A stretch of DNA of 32,307 nucleotides from a virus. The notes beneath the pieces were generated by a model. That model did no database searches. It worked only from the letters and a program-made list of their open reading frames with translations, and was not told where the DNA came from. Below are positions 13,963 through 21,768 of this stretch, piece after piece (the first letter of the stretch is position 1; the number at the start of each line of letters is the position of its first letter). The position numbers were made by a program, and so were the translations under genes. Location: the IMG/VR virus record IMGVR_UViG_3300038701_000231, positions 1-32,307 of that record, one strand, 5' to 3'.

Positions 13963-15729
13963 TTATCTTTTTTTGTTTACAAAACCATTGTTAGGCATAT
14001 CAGTTGGTCGCATAGCTACTTTTTTGTCATTTACCTCTGGCTTAAAACCCTCTTTTCTTGCTTTATTTACACTAACCTCTGCGTTTGGGTTTCCTACATC
14101 TGGTTTAAATTTGCTTCCTTTAGCCATATAAGTTTTTCGCATCCAGAAATGATGACAATCACCACCACCTTTATAGAGCCAGATATCATAAGTGTCTGCA
14201 CCATTTAACCCCCAACCTGCATTAACTGCTCTTTGGCTCATCATTTGTATATCTTCTTTTCTATAAATCTTTTTAGCAGCTACCATTTTTTTACAAAACT
14301 CTCTGCTGTTTGTAGATGTTCTTAAAGGTGCATATTGATAACGTACTTTAAATTTAACACCCTCTTCATTTTCGCCATCTTGCTCACTATTTGCATTTGG
14401 TCTTGCTGTTCCTGTTGTTGCAAATCGCCAAATCTTAGATAGTAAACTTTCTTTTTTAGTGTTTAAATCTCTTATTTGTGCATCTAGTTCTTCTTCTTTT
14501 TCATAGTCCACCTCTCTCTCATCAATCAATTCCCAGTTTTCTAAATCTTCATCTTCCCCAAACTCTTCTAAATCTTCAAACATCTTAGATAACTTAACAC
14601 CAGTTTCTTCTTCTTTTGTTTCTTCATCTTCTACGTTGTCTAAGTCAGTAAACTCTAAAGGCTGAAGCGTTTTAAAGTACAATTTAAGGCTTATATTATT
14701 GTAGGCTAGTATTTGGTCAAAGGCATCTATTAAAAGTGTCTGAAATGGTCTAATAACGGTGTTATCCATTAATATAGAAGCTGTCTTTAACTCATCTGCG
14801 TTGTTGCCTAAACCACTATTGTCTTTTATACCCAAAAGCATAGGACTAACCACCCTATGTGCAACCATTATTTTTTTACCACTCTCATCGCTTAAAAATT
14901 GATATTGATTATGTGCATCGCTTAATTGAATTGGCTCTATTGTTGCTGCACTTTCTGGATTGTCGTTAAAAGCTAATATAAACTTCCCAGCGTTAGAACT
15001 ACCGCTAAACTTTTGGTAAATTCTATTTTCTAACATTTGACGTTCTTCTGCATTTGGTGTGCCGTTGTTAAAGTTTATTAACATTGATGGTGCTAAACCA
15101 TTAAGTATGTTATTTAAGTGGTAGTTGCTTATTTCTTCTTCTAGTTCTGCGTATTGCAACCCACCTTGATAATCTGGTGATGAATAATACTTATACCCTG
15201 CTCTATATGGTTTAACGTAAACTATCTCAATACTTTCTTTTGAATAACCAAATGCTGGTATTTTAGTTGTTTCGTCAACCCTCTTTACTTTAGTCCAATC
15301 ATCAGAATAGTAATAGTTCTCTATTTCGCCTTTATCGTTGCATTTTTCTGCTCTTAGATTCTCAACTGGTATATGTTCAACTTGTGCTATACTTTTTCTG
15401 TCTTTAGAATAAATAACCTGCATCGCACATTGCCCCATTAGTTTTAAATCATAGCATAATTTTCTTACACAATCTTTGTGAAATAAGGTTTTCATTTTAG
15501 CATACGCTTCTGGCTTTTTGTTGCTGTCTAAAGCATCTAAACCTTTTCCATATATCATTTCGCTAATACCGTTTATAATAGCGTTATTTGTAGGGCTACC
15601 GTTGTACCTGTCTATTAGGTAAGAAAAATAATCGTTGTCCGCACCATAAGATACCCATTCTTTGTTAGATTTTTCTACAATTTCTGGGCTTGTATAGGTG
15701 CTTAGATTTACTACTCTTAAATCATTCAT
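13963..15729 (-). CDS. Portal protein with a C-terminal Cys/His-containing extension (588 aa)
   Basis: Size, an acidic linker (EDEETKEEE...EDEDLENWE), and an N-terminal region resembling portals. The C-terminal 150 aa (SREFCKKM...YKGGGDCHHFW) resemble MuF/SPP1-gp7-type minor head proteins. Confidence 0.5.
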   Translation of the reverse strand: MNDLRVVNLSTYTSPEIVEKSNKEWVSYGADNDYFSYLIDRYNGSPTNNAIINGISEMIYGKGLDALDSNKKPEAYAKMKTLFHKDCVRKLCYDLKLMGQCAMQVIYSKDRKSIAQVEHIPVENLRAEKCNDKGEIENYYYSDDWTKVKRVDETTKIPAFGYSKESIEIVYVKPYRAGYKYYSSPDYQGGLQYAELEEEISNYHLNNILNGLAPSMLINFNNGTPNAEERQMLENRIYQKFSGSSNAGKFILAFNDNPESAATIEPIQLSDAHNQYQFLSDESGKKIMVAHRVVSPMLLGIKDNSGLGNNADELKTASILMDNTVIRPFQTLLIDAFDQILAYNNISLKLYFKTLQPLEFTDLDNVEDEETKEEETGVKLSKMFEDLEEFGEDEDLENWELIDEREVDYEKEEELDAQIRDLNTKKESLLSKIWRFATTGTARPNANSEQDGENEEGVKFKVRYQYAPLRTSTNSREFCKKMVAAKKIYRKEDIQMMSQRAVNAGWGLNGADTYDIWLYKGGGDCHHFWMRKTYMAKGSKFKPDVGNPNAEVSVNKARKEGFKPEVNDKKVAMRPTDMPNNGFVNKKR

Positions 15730-16076
15730 AATATTATATAATCGTTGTCGTAACTATCCTCTGTTGTGTATTCATCTTTATTTACAGAATAGTAATCGTT
15801 ATTTGATTGGTTTATTGTTTGGGTCGTGCAGAATACCTTGTCTTTGTAAATTACATTTGTACCGTTCTTAACTTCTAAAATATAAAATTCACCCTCTGTT
15901 AATGTACCAAAAACAGCATCAAAACTTAAATAATTTTCATTAATACTAGCAGTTGGCGTTATTGTTATTGTTGTGCCGGTGCTTTCACTTGTTAGATTAA
16001 CTGTTATAGCACCCTCTATAAATTCTCTAGGTATTATTTTAAAGGTCTTGTTACCACTTGTACTAACTATCTTCAT
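15726..16076 (-). CDS. Hypothetical virion-module protein (116 aa)
   Basis: ATG ORF with a 4-nt overlap with the portal gene. The late motif lies 9 nt upstream. Confidence 0.55.
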   Translation of the reverse strand: MKIVSTSGNKTFKIIPREFIEGAITVNLTSESTGTTITITPTASINENYLSFDAVFGTLTEGEFYILEVKNGTNVIYKDKVFCTTQTINQSNNDYYSVNKDEYTTEDSYDNDYIIL

Positions 16077-16085
16077 AATGCTATC

Positions 16086-16103
16086 GCTTACTAATATATA
16101 AAG
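16086..16103 (-). promoter_or_regulatory. Late-motif copy 3 (TTTATATATTAGTAAGC)
   Basis: The minus strand reads CTTTATATATTAGTAAGC, ending 9 nt before the ATG at 16076. Confidence 0.4.
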
Positions 16104-16123
16104 TATTATTAATTTTTTTGCAT

Positions 16124-16150
16124 AAAAAAAGGCTACCTAAAAAGATAGCC
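16124..16150 (-). terminator. Intrinsic terminator
   Basis: Minus strand: GGCTATC-ttttta-GGTAGCC followed by T7. Confidence 0.7.
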
Positions 16151-16173
16151 CTTAATTAACTTAATTTTAAAAA

Positions 16174-16701
16174 TTATGCAGTTGGGTCAATTTGTGTTGC
16201 CGAAGCATCATCGGTAATTACCGCAGGTGTTACAAAGTAAGGCGGTGCAGTTTCTTGTGCTACTGCTGTTAATGTGTAACCTGTCAAGTCACCCATAGCA
16301 GCACCAGTTACAATAGTTCCACCGTTTACATCAGCACCGTGCTCTAAGCCCATTAAAAAGAAATTACCGTTGTAATCTTCAATAGCAATATGTGGTCTAC
16401 CGTGTGCTATTAATTTCAACTCTTCTTGCGTTGCTTTATCTTGGAACGTTAAAGTTAAATTTAAAGTACTTTCATAAAAAGTAGTTCCGTTTTCTCTTGA
16501 TGAATTGATTGCCGTTTCTAAAGATGAATTTCCTTTTACATCAAATTGAAACCACTCTGGTGTACCTGCTAAAGCAGTTATCTCACCAGATGCGATGGTA
16601 GCATCACCCAAAGTACCATAATCAGCAAAGTAAACGGTTTTAATACCACCTACTGCCGACTTACAAGGCACTTTTCTACCAGTTGTTAATGAACAAGCCA
16701 T
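16174..16701 (-). CDS. Abundant virion protein candidate (175 aa from the ATG); possibly major tail/tube or decoration protein
   Basis: The track start at 16737 is a TTG inside the upstream terminator; the ATG is at 16699..16701. The gene is bracketed by two terminators directly after the capsid gene. Confidence 0.45.
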   Translation of the reverse strand: MACSLTTGRKVPCKSAVGGIKTVYFADYGTLGDATIASGEITALAGTPEWFQFDVKGNSSLETAINSSRENGTTFYESTLNLTLTFQDKATQEELKLIAHGRPHIAIEDYNGNFFLMGLEHGADVNGGTIVTGAAMGDLTGYTLTAVAQETAPPYFVTPAVITDDASATQIDPTA

Positions 16702-16717
16702 ATATTTATATTTTTTA

Positions 16718-16750
16718 AATAAAAAAGGGCAGGGCAATCCCCCACCCCTT
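16718..16750 (-). terminator. Intrinsic terminator/attenuator after the major capsid gene
   Basis: Minus strand: GGGGTGGG-ggattg-CCCTGCCC (two GC triplet stems with a small internal loop) followed by TTTTTTATTT. Confidence 0.6.
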
Positions 16751-16771
16751 TCTACGTTAGTTAATTAATTA

Positions 16772-17722
16772 TTAATCGTTAGCTGAGTTAGTAATACCGT
16801 AAGTTACGATGTCAGAAACTTGTGCATACTGAACGCCAGAAGTAAATCGCATTATTACACGTACATTTTGGCTTCCATCATTTTCTGACATATCAATAAC
16901 ACGAACCTCGTTCATATCATTCATCAGACCAGTTCCAAAGAATAGGTTTGATTTTTCAGCAGCGATTGCTGTGTTACTTGCTAAACCAGCAGTTGGGAAT
17001 AACTTAACACCATCAAAGAACAAGTCACCTAACACTTGGTTGTTACCTTTGTTTTCGTAACCGTTAGCACCAACACCGTTAGCACCAAATCCACCTAATG
17101 CTCTTACATAGGCTCTGTATATATTCTGTGCAACGTAGATGTGTAAATCTTCTTTACCGTAAACAGCAGCAGGAATAGCATCTACTATCTTACCTAATTC
17201 AGCTACTACGTTAGCAGATGTTACAGTTGTACCTGCAACCTCATTAGCAGTTGGTAAATCAGCATCAGCAGCTAATAAAGTAGAAAATCCATCAAACTGT
17301 CCACTTGTTCCTGTGTCACCAGACCAAATATTTCTCTCTGTTCTGTCCGCTACTTTAGCAGCAACGTGTGCTAATACGAAATCAGAAAAATTTGCTGGTA
17401 AGTTGTCAAATGCACTAAAGCCCATCTGTGCAGCTTCCCAATCTGAACGTAGGTCTTTTTTACAAATGTCAAGGTTTACTTGAAATTCTTCTGGTTGTAA
17501 TATTTTTTCAGTTAATGTTAAAGTACCTGCGTCAGTTACGAAATCGCAAGTTGCATCTTTTACGATGTCATCAGTTGATGCTTTTTTAATAACAGATTTA
17601 TACTTTACATTAGGCATTATAGTAATACCACCTTTATCTAAAGTATCCGCAGATAAAAGGGCAGCAGCGATATACTTGCCCGAAAATTTACCTGCATAAG
17701 TTGTTGTGATTGATACGCTCAT
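16772..17722 (-). CDS. Major capsid protein (316 aa)
   Basis: Follows the acidic scaffold gene and is followed by a terminator. Size and composition are typical of HK97-fold coat proteins. Confidence 0.6.
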   Translation of the reverse strand: MSVSITTTYAGKFSGKYIAAALLSADTLDKGGITIMPNVKYKSVIKKASTDDIVKDATCDFVTDAGTLTLTEKILQPEEFQVNLDICKKDLRSDWEAAQMGFSAFDNLPANFSDFVLAHVAAKVADRTERNIWSGDTGTSGQFDGFSTLLAADADLPTANEVAGTTVTSANVVAELGKIVDAIPAAVYGKEDLHIYVAQNIYRAYVRALGGFGANGVGANGYENKGNNQVLGDLFFDGVKLFPTAGLASNTAIAAEKSNLFFGTGLMNDMNEVRVIDMSENDGSQNVRVIMRFTSGVQYAQVSDIVTYGITNSAND

Positions 17723-17742
17723 TTTATTCTAGTTTTTAATTT

Positions 17743-18321
17743 TTAGTTACTTAATTTTGCCATTATCTTATCTAATGTACTCATAGGTCTGTTAGATGCG
17801 ATATTGAATTTTGATAGTGTTTGTTTTTTCTCTGGGTTTGCCTTGATTGGCTCTGCCGCTGGTTTGTCAAGTTCTTCTTGCACCTCGTTTGGTACTTCGT
17901 TAGAAACCTCGCTTAACTCAACTTCCTCTTTTGGCTCTTCGCTCATTTCCTCTTTAGGCTCTAGCTCTAACATAGCTTTGATTTCTTCAATCATTGATTT
18001 AACCTCTGCTAGTTCCTCTTTAGTAGCATACTCTTTTTCTTCCTCTTTAGCCTCTACCTCAACTTCTTCTTCTTCTTCTGCTTTGATTTCAGCAATTATA
18101 CCCTCTTCAGCTACAACTAATATTCTACCATCTTCTAGTTCGTACTCGCCAACTGGCACAGCTACCTTTTCATCTTCGGTAACTATAAACACCTCGTTAC
18201 CTGCTTCAAATGATTCTGCTTCTAAAACAGTACCATTCTCTAAAGGCATTTGTTCTAACTTAACCTCTTCCGAAAGGTTTAGAACTTCCTTGATTTTACT
18301 AATCATATCATTTGTATTCAT
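17743..18321 (-). CDS. Scaffolding protein (192 aa)
   Basis: Highly acidic and helical, with Glu-rich tracts (EEEEEVEVEAKEEEKE). Lies immediately upstream of the capsid gene. Confidence 0.6.
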   Translation of the reverse strand: MNTNDMISKIKEVLNLSEEVKLEQMPLENGTVLEAESFEAGNEVFIVTEDEKVAVPVGEYELEDGRILVVAEEGIIAEIKAEEEEEVEVEAKEEEKEYATKEELAEVKSMIEEIKAMLELEPKEEMSEEPKEEVELSEVSNEVPNEVQEELDKPAAEPIKANPEKKQTLSKFNIASNRPMSTLDKIMAKLSN

Positions 18322-18357
18322 ATTATTATATAATGTTTAGAAATTAATTTTGCATTT

Positions 18358-18924
18358 TTAAGGTATTGTTATAAAACAACCGTTCCATAAAGCCTCTATA
18401 TTATTGTCTGAAAATACCTCTAGTTCAACGCTTCCGTTTAATATAGATTTACCTACATAGAACTCATAGAAATTAACACCACTCAACTCGCCTTGTGATT
18501 TAAAGGCTCTAAAGTCGTACAAATGTGTATATACTTCTGCACCCTCTGAATCCTTGAATTTAACCCTAAATATTACATCTGTATTGTTAGATGTTATTCT
18601 TAGTGTTATATCGTTCCTTAATGTTACCACAGTTCCTAATGGTATGTCCGATAAGTCCACAGCGTTACCACTAAACATAGAACTTGTATAATAAGGCATA
18701 AAACTTTCTTCGGTTAAAGCACCATCACCATCGTTAGTTAATTGTTGCCAACTATCAGCGGTTATGTTTTGCTTTGTTGTAGATGAATTATTATAGTCTG
18801 CCCAACCACCAGTCTTTTGTATTATCTCTGTTATAGCCTGCCTTACTTTAGCTGCTGTTATTTCTTTATTGTTGTTGTTTGCTAGATTCGTGTCTAACAA
18901 GGCTTTTAATTCTGTACTAGTCAT
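18358..18924 (-). CDS. Hypothetical virion-module protein (188 aa)
   Basis: ATG ORF. No family recognised. Confidence 0.55.
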   Translation of the reverse strand: MTSTELKALLDTNLANNNNKEITAAKVRQAITEIIQKTGGWADYNNSSTTKQNITADSWQQLTNDGDGALTEESFMPYYTSSMFSGNAVDLSDIPLGTVVTLRNDITLRITSNNTDVIFRVKFKDSEGAEVYTHLYDFRAFKSQGELSGVNFYEFYVGKSILNGSVELEVFSDNNIEALWNGCFITIP

Positions 18925-19112
18925 ATTAAAAAGTCGTTACTAAAATCGTCACTAAATTGGCTTATGCTATTTGTTCTTCCAATACCTTGTGCTTGTAAAC
19001 TACCATCACAGCACTCAACAGAATACCTATCTCTATCTTTACATAAACACCCTCTTTTACCACCTCTAGGGCTTGTTTTACTAGGTGTGAAAAATCTCTT
19101 TAACCTACGCAT
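18921..19112 (-). CDS. Small basic Cys-rich protein (63 aa)
   Basis: MRRLKRFFTPSKTSPRGGKRGCLCKDRDRYSVECCDG.... Overlaps both neighbours. Confidence 0.45.
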   Translation of the reverse strand: MRRLKRFFTPSKTSPRGGKRGCLCKDRDRYSVECCDGSLQAQGIGRTNSISQFSDDFSNDFLI

Positions 19113-19710
19113 TAGCCTTGTCGTATTCTTTTATTATATCTATGATTTGTTGTATTTGTAAATCTTCTTTACTTAATTCATTTGTTAGCTGTTTAGGACG
19201 TTCCATTTTATCGGCAAAATACCCCTCTATACTAAATCCTTTAACCTTACCAGTCTTCACAAACTCATTCCAAATTTTATCGTTGTTTACCTTAACACTA
19301 CCAACCCAAGTTCCTAAAGGTAAATCCATACCGTACTTTACACTCTTATCGTGTACCTTGTCCTCTACTATCCAGCTTTCAACTAAACTAAGTCCGTTTA
19401 TTTCGTATTGGTGTTCTAAGGTTGAATTGTTTTGTTTACCTTGCATTAGATACATTTGCGATGCTTTTAACACCGTATCTTTTGAGAAATAAATATAGTA
19501 GTCATCATCGCCACTACGTCTGTAAATAGGTTTGTTAGGTATTAACAATGCACCCATTAAAATACGCTTCTCCTTGTCTACTTCTGCAAGTTTAAACTCT
19601 TGGCTTTTTAAAGCTACAAAGTCCTCTTCTATTGCAGGGTTTTCTACAACCGATATGGCTTCAATACCTATCTCTTGTTGTTCGTCTATGATTAGTTCAA
19701 CGATTCTCAT
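19105..19710 (-). CDS. XkdF-like prohead protease (201 aa)
   Basis: ISVVENPAIEEDFVALK...STLEHQ...VESWIVED...GTWVGSVKV...GKVKGFSIEG matches the PBSX XkdF domain pattern. Confidence 0.7.
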   Translation of the reverse strand: MRIVELIIDEQQEIGIEAISVVENPAIEEDFVALKSQEFKLAEVDKEKRILMGALLIPNKPIYRRSGDDDYYIYFSKDTVLKASQMYLMQGKQNNSTLEHQYEINGLSLVESWIVEDKVHDKSVKYGMDLPLGTWVGSVKVNNDKIWNEFVKTGKVKGFSIEGYFADKMERPKQLTNELSKEDLQIQQIIDIIKEYDKANA

Positions 19711-19744
19711 ATTTATATATAATTAGTTTTATTTTATTTTGTAA

Positions 19745-21637
19745 TTACAATGTAGCCCCCTCAACTATATTGTTGTTTAAAGATTGTGCTGTTGTTACAT
19801 CATTAGCCACTACGTAAGCCTGTACTGGCTCATTTTCTTGCTGTGCTATTGTTTGTGCTAGTTGATTGTTACTGTCTTGTCCTACGATGTTAAATTGTGG
19901 CGGTGCTGGTGCTGCACTTGTTGAAGATGCTACACTTGAGCTACCTCTACCACTACTATCAATGCTTTTAATTGCTGCTATATTTTTTGCCGCTACTGCA
20001 CCTGCTAAACCTGCCTGTAAAATAGGATAACCCGGAAAGAACGTTGTAATAGGTGATTTTTGAGCAGTTGAATAAGCACTCTGTACACCCTCAATTCCGC
20101 TTATTGTTGCACTTGCTATTGCAAAAGCCTTTCCTATCTTACTATCCTTTCCTGCTAATTGTGCAACTTGGTCAAAAGTGTTTTTAGCATCACCTAGTTT
20201 TTGTTGTTCTCTTAGTTTTGATAGTTTAGCTTCTGTTTCTGCGTTATTAATTCTAGCTTCTGATAATTCTTTGTCCCTCTCTATGTTTCTTTGTCTTGAT
20301 TCTTCTATAAAATCATCAAGTGCTATCTGTGCATCTATTTTAGCTTGTGTTCCTGCATTTGCGTTATCTACAATAGCTTGTAACCTTGCAGCTTCTTGTT
20401 CAGCTTCTAATAAATCAATTTGTTTAAGGGCTTCTAATCGTGCAACCTCATCTTCTATTTGTTCTGCATTAAATCTTTTACGTTCAATAGATAGCTTACT
20501 TTCGCTTTCTAGTTGTGCATTAATAGCATCCCTACGTTCTTTTTGTAATGCTGCCTCGTTTACCCTTTGCTCTGATTTAAAGCCTGTTATTGATGCTTCA
20601 ACTGCTTCTACTTCATTTAAGGCTTCTTTTAGTGCAACTTGATTTTCTGTGTTGTCACCTGTTGCTTTTATTTCTAATTCTGCAGATTTTACTCTTTGAT
20701 TTGCTAAAGCTAACTGTGCTTTAAGTTGCTCTTCTAATACCCTGCCGAGTTCATCATTTGCTTTTATACGTTCATCTATACTAAGCCTTTCATCATCTCT
20801 AATTTGTCTTTGAACTTCGGCTTGTCTGTCGTATTTTTCAATTAACCCTTGTATTTCAACTTGTGCTATTTGTGCTGCCTTTCTTGCTTCGGTTAATGCC
20901 TTACCTTGCTCTATAGCAGCCTTAACATTAACTTTACTAACCTGTTCAACTGTTTCGTTTGTTAAAGCACCAACCTCATCAATAGCTTCACTAAAATTAT
21001 CATAAATATCTTTACCAGCTTTTAGAGCTTCAGTACCAATGTCAATTAAATTTTGTTTTGTTTGTTTTATATTTTCATTTAGCTTTTTAATTGTTGCTTG
21101 GTCATTATCTCCAAAAGGCGATTTTTCCCATATTAATTGAACACCTTGAATAGCTAACTTAATCTCATAAAATGCTAATTTAAATGGTGTTAAATACAAA
21201 GTAAGCAATCCACCTAATACCTTTCCTAAAGCATCAAATCCACCTGTTGCTTCTGATGCTGCCTCATAAGCTGAAATAACTGCATTAGTAACTTCAGAAA
21301 ACACAATACTAATACCGTTAAATACACTGCTAACTGCATCAACAACTTTTTGGTTTTGTGAAAATGCCTGTGTTAATTTAGCCACAACTGCAATAACTAA
21401 ACCTATACCAGCAGCTTTCATAGCAATACCCAAACCCTTAAAACCTTTAGATAAACCACCTATTCCCTTTGATGTCTTGTTGGCACTATCATCTAAGTTG
21501 TCTAAACCTTTTGCAGTTTCCTTGTTGGTTTTTTCTGCTTCCTTATTTACATCTTTTATAGCATCAGTCAATTTAGCAAGGCTCTTGTTTGCTTTTGCTG
21601 ATTCTACATCTATAATTATTTCTTTTTCTACTGCCAT
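19745..21637 (-). CDS. Tape measure protein (630 aa)
   Basis: Long Ala/Glu/Lys/Gln coiled coil with hydrophobic segments near both ends (GIGLVIAVVAKL; AFAIASATISGIEG). Confidence 0.65.
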   Translation of the reverse strand: MAVEKEIIIDVESAKANKSLAKLTDAIKDVNKEAEKTNKETAKGLDNLDDSANKTSKGIGGLSKGFKGLGIAMKAAGIGLVIAVVAKLTQAFSQNQKVVDAVSSVFNGISIVFSEVTNAVISAYEAASEATGGFDALGKVLGGLLTLYLTPFKLAFYEIKLAIQGVQLIWEKSPFGDNDQATIKKLNENIKQTKQNLIDIGTEALKAGKDIYDNFSEAIDEVGALTNETVEQVSKVNVKAAIEQGKALTEARKAAQIAQVEIQGLIEKYDRQAEVQRQIRDDERLSIDERIKANDELGRVLEEQLKAQLALANQRVKSAELEIKATGDNTENQVALKEALNEVEAVEASITGFKSEQRVNEAALQKERRDAINAQLESESKLSIERKRFNAEQIEDEVARLEALKQIDLLEAEQEAARLQAIVDNANAGTQAKIDAQIALDDFIEESRQRNIERDKELSEARINNAETEAKLSKLREQQKLGDAKNTFDQVAQLAGKDSKIGKAFAIASATISGIEGVQSAYSTAQKSPITTFFPGYPILQAGLAGAVAAKNIAAIKSIDSSGRGSSSVASSTSAAPAPPQFNIVGQDSNNQLAQTIAQQENEPVQAYVVANDVTTAQSLNNNIVEGATL

Positions 21638-21768
21638 TGTATCTCTTGTTTTAATGCCTTATATCCCTCTTTTAAAGTCGTAGGTAGTTTGTATTTGCCC
21701 TTTGCTATTTTTAAATTTTCTGTGTCCGCTTCTACTAAGTGCAAACTATCTAATATTAATCTAATCAT
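21628..21768 (-). CDS. Possible small ORF (46 aa) bridging the tail protein and tape measure genes
   Basis: Hand translation: MIRLILDSLHLVEADTENLKIAKGKYKLPTTLKEGYKALKQEIQWQ. Overlaps both neighbours. Confidence 0.3.
   Translation of the reverse strand: MIRLILDSLHLVEADTENLKIAKGKYKLPTTLKEGYKALKQEIQWQ

Noticed and set aside
17950-18100. Glu/Lys-rich low-complexity DNA (gaagaagaagaagaag runs) as a simple-sequence repeat.
   Set aside because: It encodes the acidic tract of the scaffolding protein, in frame. It is not an independent repeat element.
17804-18340. 178-aa plus-strand ORF (Ser/Leu-rich), together with other plus-strand ORFs: 6805..7002, 7751..8152, 8661..8849, 11628..11939, 11949..12455, 13373..13582, 13877..14131, 18964..19161, 19118..19492, 19532..19726, 20178..20642, 21477..21683, 21909..22175, 22456..22641, 23040..23225, 25806..26042, 26611..26826, 27486..27815, 30196..30444, 30948..31136, 31093..31278 and 31330..31527.
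   Set aside because: All lie antisense within well-supported minus-strand genes. Their composition is low-complexity and mirrors the opposite strand (for example, the Glu-rich scaffold gives a Ser/Leu-rich shadow). No promoter or spacing supports them. They are shadow ORFs.
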